From Eledone cirrhosa (taxonomy: Eukaryota), in NCBI GenBank assembly GCA_964016885.1, contig OZ024742.1, positions 342,860,001 to 342,924,000 of the forward strand: a stretch of DNA of 64,000 nt, given 5' to 3'. Of the stretch, positions 13,601 through 25,616 are shown in pieces. Under the pieces are notes generated by a model. It ran no database searches. It saw nothing but the letters and a program-made list of their open reading frames with translations, and had not been told where the DNA came from. The translations under genes were made by a program, and so were the position numbers. Each line of letters opens with the position of its first letter. The first letter of the stretch is position 1.

Positions 13601-16600
13601 AAGTATGTGAAATCCTGTGGTATGAAGTATGTGATCTACAGTGGTATGAAGTATGTGATCTACAGTGGTATGAAGTATGTGATCTACAGTGGTATGAAGT
13701 ATGTGATCTCCAGTGGTATGAAGTATGTGATCTCCAGTGGTATGAAGTATGTGATATCCTGTGGTATGAAGTATGTGATCTCCAGTGGTATGAAGTATGT
13801 GATCTCCAGTGGTATGAAGTATGTGATCTCCAGTGGTATGAAGTATGTGATCTACAGTGGTATGAAGTATGTGATCTCCAGTGGTATGAAGTATGTGATA
13901 TCCTGTGGTATGAAGTATGTGATCTATAGTGGTATGAAGTATGTGATCTCCAGTGGTATGAAGTATGTGATATCCTGTGGTATGAAGTATGTGATCTCCA
14001 GTGGTATGAAGTATGTGATCTCCAGTGGTATGAAGTATGTGATATCCTGTGGTATGAAGTATGTGATCTCCAGTGGTATGAAGTATCTCAGCTCCAGTGG
14101 TATGAAGTATGTGATCTCCAGTGGTATAAAGTATGTGATCTCCAGTGGTATGAGGTATGTCAGCTCCAGTGGTATGAAGTATGTGATATCCTGTGGTATG
14201 AAGTATGTGATCTACAGTGGTATGAAGTATGTGATCTACAGTGGTATGAAGTATGTGATCTACAGTGGTATGAAGTATGTCAGCTCCAGTGGTATGAAGT
14301 ATGTGATCTCCTGTGGTATGAAATATGTCAGCTCCAGTTGTATGAAGTATGTGATCTCCAGTGGTATGAAGTATGTGATCTCCAGTGGTATGAAATATGT
14401 GATCTACAGTGGTATGAAGTATGTGATCTCCAGTGGTATGAAGTATGTGATCTCCAGTGGTATGAAGTATGTGATCTCCAGTGGTATGAAGTATGTGATC
14501 TCCAGTGGTATGAAGTATGTGATATCCTGTGGTATGAAGTATGTGATCTCCAGTGGTATGAAGTATGTCAGCTCCAGTGGTATGAAGTATGTGATCTCCA
14601 GTGGTATGAAATATGTGATCTACAGTGGTATGAAGTATGTTAGCTCCAGTGGTATGAAGTATATGATCTACAGTGGTATGAAGTATGTCAGCTCCAGTGG
14701 TATGAAGTATGTGATCTCCAGTGGTATGAAGTATGTGATCTACAGTGGTATGAAGTATGTGATCTCCAGTGGTATGAAGTATGTGATCTCCAGTGGTATG
14801 AAGTATGTCAGCTCCAGTGGTATGAAGTATGTGATATCCTGTGGTATGAAGTATGTGATCTACAGTGGTATGAAGTATGTGATCTCCAGTGGTATGAAGT
14901 ATGTGATCTCCAGTGGTATGAAGTATGTGATCTCCTGTGGTATGAAGTATGTGATCTCCAGTGGTATGAAGTATGTGATAACCTGTGGTATGAAGTATGT
15001 GATATCCTGTGGTATGAAGTATGTGATCTACAGTGGTATGAAGTATGTGATCTCCAGTGGTATGAAGTATGTGATATCCTGTGGTATGAAGTATGTGATA
15101 TCCAGTGGTATGAAGTATGTGATCTACAGTGGTATGAAGTATGTGATCTACAGTGGTATGAAGTATGTGATCTCCAGTGGTATGAAGTATGTGATATCCT
15201 GTGGTATGAAGTATGTGATCTCCAGTGGCATGAAGTATGTGATCTACAGTGGTATGAAGTATGTAATCTCCAGTGGTATGAAGTTTGTGATCTCCAGTGG
15301 TATGAAGTATGTGATCTCCAGTGGTATGAAGTATGTGATCTACAGTGGTATGAAGTATGTAATCTCCAGTGGTATGAAGTATGTGATCTACAGTGGTATG
15401 AAGTATGTGATCTACAGTGGTATGAAGTATGTGATCTCCAGTGGTATGAAGTATGTAATCTACAGTGGTATGAAGTATGTGATCTCCAGTGGTATGAAGT
15501 ATGTCAGCTCCAGTGGTATGAAGTATGTGATCTCCAGTGGTATGAAGTATGTGATCTCCAGTGGTATGAAGTATGTGATCTCCATTGGTATGAAATATGT
15601 GATCTACAGTGGTATGAAGTATGTGATCTCCAGTGGTATGAAGTATGTGATCTCCAGTGGTATGAAGTATGTGATCTCCAGTGGTATGAAGTATGTGATC
15701 TCCAGTGGTATGAAGTATGTGATATCCTGTGGTATGAAGTATGTCAGATCCAGTGGTATGAAGTATGTGATCTCCAGTGGTATGAAATATGTGATCTACA
15801 GTGGTATGAAGTATGTGATCTACAGTGGTATGAAGTATGTGATCTACAGTGGTATGAAGTATGTGATCTCCTGTGGTATGAAATATGTCAGCTCCAGTGG
15901 TATGAAGTATGTGATCTCCAGTGGTATGAAGTATGTGATCTCCAGTGCTATGAAGTATGTAATCTACAGTGGTATGAAGTATGTGATCTCCAGTGGTATG
16001 AAGTATGTGATCTCCTGTGGTATGAAATATGTCAGCTCCAGTTGTATGAAGTATGTGATCTCCAGTGGTATGAAGTATGTGATCTCCAGTGGTATGAAAT
16101 ATGTGATCTACAGTGGTATGAAGTATGTGATCTCCAGTGGTATGAAGTATGTGATCTCCAGTGGTATGAAGTATGTGATCTCCAGTGGTATGAAGTATGT
16201 GATCTCCAGTGGTATGAAGTATGTGATATCCTGTGGTATGAAGTATGTGATCTCCAGTGGTATGAAGTATGTCAGCTCCAGTGGTATGAAGTATGTGATC
16301 TCCAGTGGTATGAAATATGTGATCTACAGTGGTATGAAGTATGTTAGCTCCAGTGGTATGAAGTATATGATCTACAGTGGTATGAAGTATGTCAGCTCCA
16401 GTGGTATGAAGTATGTGATCTCCAGTGGTACGAAGTAAGTGATCTACAGTGGTATGAAGTATGTGATCTCCAGTGGTATGAAGTATGTGATCTCCAGTGG
16501 TATGAAGTATGTCAGCTCTAGTGGTATGAAGTATGTGATATCCTGTGGTATGAAGTATGTGATCTACAGTGGTATGAAGTATGTGATCTCCAGTGGTATG

Positions 16601-19600
16601 AAGTATGTGATCTCCAGTGGTATGAAGTATGTGATCTACAGGTGTATGAAGTATGTGATCTCCAGTGGTATGAAGTATGTGATCTACAGTGGTATGAAGT
16701 ATGTGATCTCCAGTGGTATGAAGTATGTGATCTACAGTGGTATGAAGTATGTCAGCTCCAGTGGTATGAAGTATGTGATCTCCAGTGGTATGAAGTATGT
16801 CAGCTCCAGTGGTATGAAGTATGTGATCTCCAGTGGTATGAAGTATGTGATCTCCAGTGGTATGAAGTATGTCAGCTCCAGGTGTATGAAGTATGTGATC
16901 TCCAGTGGTATGAAGTATGTCAGCTCCAGTGGTATGAAGTATGTGATCTCCAGTGGTATGAAGTATATGATCTACAGTGGTATGAAGTATGTGATATCCT
17001 GTGGTATGAAGTATGTGATCTACAGTGGTATGAAGTATGTGATCTCCAGTGGTATGAAGTATGTGATCTACAGGTGTATGAAGTATGTGATCTCCAGTGG
17101 TATGAAGTATGTGATAACCTGTGGTATGAAGTATGTGATATCCTGTGGTATGAAGTATGTGATCTACAGTGGTATGACGTATGTGATCTCCAGTGGTATG
17201 AAGTATGTGATATCCTGTGGTATGAAGTATGTGATATCCAGTGGTATTAAGTATGTGATCTACAGTGGTATGAAGTATGTGATCTGCTGTGGTATGAAGT
17301 ATGTGATCTCCAGTGGTATGAAGTATGTGATCTCCTGTGGTATGAAGTATATGATCTACAGTGGTATGAAGTATGTGATATCCTGTGGTATGAAGTATGT
17401 GATCTACAGTGGTATGAAGTATGTGATCTCCAGTGGTATGAAGTATGTGATCTACAGGTGTATGAAGTATGTGATCTCCAGTGGTATGAAGTATGTGATA
17501 ACCTGTGGTATGAAGTATGTGATATCCTGTCGTATGAAGTATGTGATCTACAGTGGTATGAAGTATGTGATCTCCAGTGGTATTAAGTATGTGATATCCT
17601 GTGGTATGAAGTATGTGATATCCAGTGGTATGAAGTATGTGATCTACAGTGGTATGAAGTATGTGATCTACAGTGGTATGAAGTATGTGATCTCCAGTGG
17701 TATGAAGTATGTGATATCCTGTGGTATGAAGTATGTGATCTCCAGTGGCATGAAGTATGTGATCTACAGTGGTATGAAGTATGTAATCTCCAGTGGTATG
17801 AAGTTTGTGATCTCCAGTGGTATGAAGTATGTGATCTCCAGTGGTATGAAGTATGTGATCTACAGTGGTATGAAGTATGTAATCTCCAGTGGTATGAAGT
17901 ATGTGATATCCTGTGGTATGAAGTATGTGATCTCCAGTGGTATGAAGTATGTGATCTACAGTGGTATGAAGTATGTGATCTCCAGTGGTATGAAGTATGT
18001 AATCTACAGTGGTATGAAGTATGTGATCTCCAGTGGTATGAAGTATGTCAGCTCCAGTGGTATGAAGTATGTGATCTCCAGTGGTATGAAGTATGTGATC
18101 TCCAGTGGTATGAAGTATGTGATCTCCACTGGTATGAAATATGTGATCTACAGTGGTATGAAGTATGTGATCTCCAGTGGTATGAAGTATGTGATCTCCA
18201 GTGGTATGAAGTATGTGATCTCCAGTGGTATGAAGTATGTGATCTCCAGTGGTATGAAGTATGTGATATCCTGTGGTATGAAGTATGTCAGATCCAGTGG
18301 TATGAAGTATGTGATCTCCAGTGGTATGAAATATGTGATCTACAGTGGTATGAAGTATGTGATCTACAGTGGTATGAAGTATGTGATCTACAGTGGTATG
18401 AAGTATGTGATCTCCTGTGGTATGAAATATGTCAGCTCCAGTGGTATGAAGTATGTGATCTCCAGTGGTATGAAGTATGTGATCTCCAGTGCTATGAAGT
18501 ATGTAATCTACAGTGGTATGAAGTATGTGATCTCCAGTGGTATGAAGTATGTGATCTCCTGTGGTATGAAATATGTCAGCTCCAGTTGTATGAAGTATGT
18601 GATCTCCAGTGGTATGAAGTATGTGATCTCCAGTGGTATGAAATATGTGATCTACAGTGGTATGAAGTATGTGATCTCCAGTGGTATGAAGTATGTGATC
18701 TCCAGTGGTATGAAGTATGTGATCTCCAGTGGTATGAAGTATGTGATCTCCAGTGGTATGAAGTATGTGATATCCTGTGGTATGAAGTATGTGATCTCCA
18801 GTGGTATGAAGTATGTCAGCTCCAGTGGTATGAAGTATGTGATCTCCAGTGGTATGAAATATGTGATCTACAGTGGTATGAAGTATGTTAGCTCCAGTGG
18901 TATGAAGTATATGATCTACAGTGGTATGAAGTATGTCAGCTCCAGTGGTATGAAGTATGTGATCTCCAGTGGTATGAAGTATGTGATCTACAGTGGTATG
19001 AAGTATGTGATCTCCAGTGGTATGAAGTATGTGATCTCCAGTGGTATGAAGTATGTCAGCTCCAGTGGTATGAAGTATGTGATATCCTGTGGTATGAAGT
19101 ATGTGATCTACAGTGGTATGAAGTATGTGATCTCCAGTGGTATGAAGTATGTGATCTCCAGTGGTATGAAGTATGTGATCTCCTGTGGTATGAAGTATGT
19201 GATCTCCAGTGGTATGAAGTATGTGATAACCTGTGGTATGAAGTATGTGATATCCTGTGGTATGAAGTATGTGATCTACAGTGGTATGAAGTATGTGATC
19301 TCCAGTGGTATGAAGTATGTGATATCCTGTGGTATGAAGTATGTGATATCCAGTGGTATGAAGTATGTGATCTACAGTGGTATGAAGTATGTGATCTACA
19401 GTGGTATGAAGTATGTGATCTCCAGTGGTATGAAGTATGTGATATCCTGTGGTATGAAGTATGTGATCTCCAGTGGCATGAAGTATGTGATCTACAGTGG
19501 TATGAAGTATGTAATCTCCAGTGGTATGAAGTTTGTGATCTCCAGTGGTATGAAGTATGTGATCTCCAGTGGTATGAAGTATGTGATCTAAAGTGGTATG

Positions 19601-22600
19601 AAGTATGTAATCTCCAGTGGTATGAAGTATGTGATCTACAGTGGTATGAAGTATGTGATCTACAGTGGTATGAAGTATGTGATCTCCAGTGGTATGAAGT
19701 ATGTAATCTACAGTGGTATGAAGTATGTGATCTCCATTTGTATGAAGTATGTCAGCTCCAGTGGTATGAAGTATGTGATCTCCAGTGGTATGAAGTATGT
19801 GATCTCCAGTGGTATGAAGTATGTGATCTCCATTGGTATGAAATATGTGATCTACAGTGGTATGAAGTATGTGATCTCCAGTGGTATGAAGTATGTGATC
19901 TCCAGTGGTATGAAGTATGTGATCTCCAGTGGTATGAAGTATGTGATCTCCAGTGGTATGAAGTATGTGATATCCTGTGGTATGAAGTATGTCAGATCCA
20001 GTGGTATGAAGTATGTGATCTCCAGTGGTATGAAATATGTGATCTACAGTGGTATGAAGTATGTGATCTACAGTGGTATGAAGTATGTGATCTACAGTGG
20101 TATGAAGTATGTGATCTCCTGTGGTATGAAATATGTCAGCTCCAGTGGTATGAAGTATGTGATCTCCAGTGGTATGAAGTATGTGATCTCCACTGCTATG
20201 AAGTATGTAATCTACAGTGGTATGAAGTATGTGATCTCCAGTGGTATGGAGTATGTGATCACCTGTGGTATGAAATATGTCAGCTCCAGTTGTATGAAGT
20301 ATGTGATCTCCAGTGGTATGAAGTATGTGATCTCCAGTGGTATGAAATATGTGATCTACAGTGGTATGAAGTATGTGATCTCCAGTGGTATGAAGTATGT
20401 GATCTCCAGTGGTATGAAGTATGTGATCTCCAGTGGTATGAAGTATGTGATCTCCAGTGGTATGAAGTATGTGATATCCTGTGGTATGAAGTATGTGATC
20501 TCCAGTGGTATGAAGTATGTCAGCTCCAGTGGTATGAAGTATATGATCTCCAGTGGTATGAAATATGTGATCTACAGTGGTATGAAGTATGTTAGCTCCA
20601 GTGGTATGAAGTATATGATCTACAGTGGTATGAAGTATGTCAGCTCCAGTGGTATGAAGTATGTGATCTCCAGTGGTATGAAGTATGTGATCTACAGTGG
20701 TATGAAGTATGTGATCTCCAGTGGTATGAAGTATGTGATCTCCAGTGGTATGAAGTATGTCAGCTCCAGTGGTATGAAGTATGTGAAATCCTGTGGTATG
20801 AAGTATGTGATCTACAGTGGTATGAAGTATGTGATCTACAGTGGTATGAAGTATGTGATCTACAGTGGTATGAAGTATGTGATCTCCAGTGGTATGAAGT
20901 ATGTGATCTCCAGTGGTATGAAGTATGTGATATCCTGTGGTATGAAGTATGTGATCTCCAGTGGTATGAAGTATGTGATCTCCAGTGGTATGAAGTATGT
21001 GATCTCCAGTGGTATGAAGTATGTGATCTACAGTGGTATGAAGTATGTGATCTCCAGTGGTATGAAGTATGTGATATCCTGTGGTATGAAGTATGTGATC
21101 TATAGTGGTATGAAGTATGTGATCTCCAGTGGTATGAAGTATGTGATATCCTGTGGTATGAAGTATGTGATCTCCAGTGGTATGAAGTATGTGATCTCCA
21201 GTGGTATGAAGTATGTGATATCCTGTGGTATGAAGTATGTGATCTCCAGTGGTATGAAGTATCTCAGCTCCAGTGGTATGAAGTATGTGATCTCCAGTGG
21301 TATAAAGTATGTGATCTCCAGTGGTATGAGGTATGTCAGCTCCAGTGGTATGAAGTATGTGATATCCTGTGGTATGAAGTATGTGATCTACAGTGGTATG
21401 AAGTATGTGATCTACAGTGGTATGAAGTATGTGATCTACAGTGGTATGAAGTATGTCAGCTCCAGTGGTATGAAGTATGTGATCTCCTGTGGTATGAAAT
21501 ATGTCAGCTCCAGTTGTATGAAGTATGTGATCTCCAGTGGTATGAAGTATGTGATCTCCAGTGGTATGAAATATGTGATCTACAGTGGTATGAAGTATGT
21601 GATCTCCAGTGGTATGAAGTATGTGATCTCCAGTGGTATGAAGTATGTGATCTCCAGTGGTATGAAGTATGTGATCTCCAGTGGTATGAAGTATGTGATA
21701 TCCTGTGGTATGAAGTATGTGATCTCCAGTGGTATGAAGTATGTCAGCTCCAGTGGTATGAAGTATGTGATCTCCAGTGGTATGAAATATGTGATCTACA
21801 GTGGTATGAAGTATGTTAGCTCCAGTGGTATGAAGTATATGATCTACAGTGGTATGAAGTATGTCAGCTCCAGTGGTATGAAGTATGTGATCTCCAGTGG
21901 TATGAAGTATGTGATCTACAGTGGTATGAAGTATGTGATCTCCAGTGGTATGAAGTATGTGATCTCCAGTGGTATGAAGTATGTCAGCTCCAGTGGTATG
22001 AAGTATGTGATATCCTGTGGTATGAAGTATGTGATCTACAGTGGTATGAAGTATGTGATCTCCAGTGGTATGAAGTATGTGATCTCCAGTGGTATGAAGT
22101 ATGTGATCTCCTGTGGTATGAAGTATGTGATCTCCAGTGGTATGAAGTATGTGATAACCTGTGGTATGAAGTATGTGATATCCTGTGGTATGAAGTATGT
22201 GATCTACAGTGGTATGAAGTATGTGATCTCCAGTGGTATGAAGTATGTGATATCCTGTGGTATGAAGTATGTGATATCCAGTGGTATGAAGTATGTGATC
22301 TACAGTGGTATGAAGTATGTGATCTACAGTGGTATGAAGTATGTGATCTCCAGTGGTATGAAGTATGTGATATCCTGTGGTATGAAGTATGTGATCTCCA
22401 GTGGCATGAAGTATGTGATCTACAGTGGTATGAAGTATGTAATCTCCAGTGGTATGAAGTTTGTGATCTCCAGTGGTATGAAGTATGTGATCTCCAGTGG
22501 TATGAAGTATGTGATCTACAGTGGTATGAAGTATGTAATCTCCAGTGGTATGAAGTATGTGATCTACAGTGGTATGAAGTATGTGATCTACAGTGGTATG

Positions 22601-23600
22601 AAGTATGTGATCTCCAGTGGTATGAAGTATGTAATCTACAGTGGTATGAAGTATGTGATCTCCAGTGGTATGAAGTATGTCAGCTCCAGTGGTATGAAGT
22701 ATGTGATCTCCAGTGGTATGAAGTATGTGATCTCCAGTGGTATGAAGTATGTGATCTCCATTGGTATGAAATATGTGATCTACAGTGGTATGAAGTATGT
22801 GATCTCCAGTGGTATGAAGTATGTGATCTCCAGTGGTATGAAGTATGTGATCTCCAGTGGTATGAAGTATGTGATCTCCAGTGGTATGAAGTATGTGATA
22901 TCCTGTGGTATGAAGTATGTCAGATCCAGTGGTATGAAGTATGTGATCTCCAGTGGTATGAAATATGTGATCTACAGTGGTATGAAGTATGTGATCTACA
23001 GTGGTATGAAGTATGTGATCTACAGTGGTATGAAGTATGTGATCTCCTGTGGTATGAAATATGTCAGCTCCAGTGGTATGAAGTATGTGATCTCCAGTGG
23101 TATGAAGTATGTGATCTCCAGTGCTATGAAGTATGTAATCTACAGTGGTATGAAGTATGTGATCTCCAGTGGTATGAAGTATGTGATCACCTGTGGTATG
23201 AAATATGTCAGCTCCAGTTGTATGAAGTATGTGATCTCCAGTGGTATGAAGTATGTGATCTCCAGTGGTATGAAATATGTGATCTACAGTGGTATGAAGT
23301 ATGTGATCTCCAGTGGTATGAAGTATGTGATCTCCAGTGGTATGAAGTATGTGATCTCCAGTGGTATGAAGTATGTGATCTCCAGTGGTATGAAGTATGT
23401 GATATCCTGTGGTATGAAGTATGTGATCTCCAGTGGTATGAAGTATGTCAGCTCCAGTGGTATGAAGTATATGATCTCCAGTGGTATGAAATATGTGATC
23501 TACAGTGGTATGAAGTATGTTAGCTCCAGTGGTATGAAGTATATGATCTACAGTGGTATGAAGTATGTCAGCTCCAGTGGTATGAAGTATGTGATCTCCA
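1234..23600 (+). repeat. Left modular HOR domain built from 1,224/1,704/2,160/2,544-bp modules (51/71/90/106 monomers)
   Basis: The TTG of CAGCTCCAGTTGTATG falls at 1234, 3394, 5938, 7642, 8866, 10570, 13114, 14338, 16042, 18586, 20290, 21514 and 23218. Spacings are 2160, 2544, 1704, 1224, 1704, 2544, 1224, 1704, 2544, 1704, 1224, 1704. Confidence 0.93.
3791..23160 (+). repeat. 12,648-bp-offset duplication (527 monomers): ~3.8-10.5 kb recurs at ~16.4-23.2 kb
   Basis: ORFs 3791..6943 and 16439..19591 have identical length. The rare variants GATCTAAAGT (TAA 6941/19589), CTCCATTTGT (~7085/~19733) and GGAGTATGTGATCACC (~7600/~20248) are all offset by 12,648. Confidence 0.9.
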
Positions 23601-25616
23601 GTGGTATGAAGTATGTGATCTACAGTGGTATGAAGTATGTGATCTCCAGTGGTATGAAGTATGTGATCTCCAGTGGTATGAAGTATGTCAGCTCCAGTGG
23701 TATGAAGTATGTGAAATCCTGTGGTATGAAGTATGTGATCTACAGTGGTATGAAGTATGTGATCTACAGTGGTATGAAGTATGTGATCTACAGTGGTATG
23801 AAGTATGTGATCTCCAGTGGTATGAAGTATGTGATATCCTGTGGTATGAAGTATGTGATCTCCAGTGGTATGAAGTATGTGATCTCCAGTGGTATGAAGT
23901 ATGTGATCTCCAGTGGTATGAAGTATGTGATCTACAGTGGTATGAAGTATGTGATCTCCAGTGGTATGAAGTATGTGATATCCTGTGGTATGAAGTATGT
24001 GATCTATAGTGGTATGAAGTATGTGATCTCCAGTGGTATGAAGTATGTGATATCCTGTGGTATGAAGTATGTGATCTCCAGTGGTATGAAGTATGTGATC
24101 TCCAGTGGTATGAAGTATGTGATATCCTGTGGTATGAAGTATGTGATCTCCAGTGGTATGAAGTATGTGATCTCCAGTGGTATGAAGTATGTGATAACCT
24201 GTGGTATGAAGTATGTGATCTACAGTGGTATGAAGTATGTCAGCTCCAGTGGTATGAAGTATGTGATCTCCAGTGGTATGAAGTATGTGATCTCCAGTGG
24301 TATGAAGTATGTCAGCTCCAGTGGTATGAAGTATGTGATCTCCAGTGGTATGAAGTATGTCAGCTCCAGTGGTATGAAGTATGTGATCTCCAGTGGTATG
24401 AAGTATGTGATCTCCTGTGGTATGAAGTATGTGATCTCCAGTGGTATGAAGTATGTGATCTCCAGTGGTATGAAGTATATGATCTACAGTGGTATGAAGT
24501 ATGTGATATCCTGTGGTATGAAGTATGTGATCTACAGTGGTATGAAGTATGTGATCTCCAGTGGTATGTAGTATGTGATCTACAGTGGTATGAAGTATGT
24601 GATCTCCAGTGGTATGAAGTATGTGATAGCCTGTGGTATGAAGTATGTGATATCCTGTGGTATGAAGTATGTGATCTACAGTGGTACGAAGTATGTGATC
24701 TCCAGTGGTATGAAGTATGTGATAACCTGTGGTATGAAGTATGTGATATCCTGTGGTATGAAGTATGTGATCTACAGTGGTATGAAGTATGTGATCTCCA
24801 GTGGTATGAAGTATGTGATATCCTGTGGTATGAAGTATGTGATATCCAGTGGTATGCAGTATGTGATCTACAGTGGTATGAAGTATGTGATCTACAGTGG
24901 TATGAAGTATGTGATCTCCAGTGGTATGAAGTATGTGATCTCCAGTGGTATGAAGTATGTGATATCCTGTGGTATGAAGTATGTGATCTCCAGTGGTATG
25001 AAGTATGTGATCTACAGTGGTATGAAGTATGTAATCTCCAGTGGTATGAAGTATGTGATCTCCAGTGGTATGAAGTATGTGATCTCCAGTGGTATGAAGT
25101 ATGTGATCTACAGTGGTATGAAGTATGTAATCTCCAGTGGTATGAAGTATGTGATCTACAGTGGTATGAAGTATGTGATCTACAGTGGTATGAAGTATGT
25201 GATCTCCAGTGGTATGAAGTATGTAATCTACAGTGGTATGAAGTATGTGATCTCCAGTGGTATGAAGTATGTGATCTCCTGTGGTATGAAATATGTCAGC
25301 TCCAGTGGTATGAAGTATGTGATCTCCAGTGGTATGAAGTATGTGATCACCACTGGTATGAAATATGTGATCTACAGTGGTATGAAGTATGTGATCTCCA
25401 GTGGTATGAAGTATGTGATCTCCAGTGGTATGAAGTATGTGATCTCCAGTGGTATGAAGTATGTGATCTCCAGTGGTATGAAGTATGTGATATCCTGTGG
25501 TATGAAGTATGTGATCTCCAGTGGTATGAAGTATGTCAGCTCCAGTGGTATGAAGTATGTGATCTCCAGTGGTATGAAATGTGTGATCTACAGTGGTATG
25601 AAGTTTGTTAGCTCCA

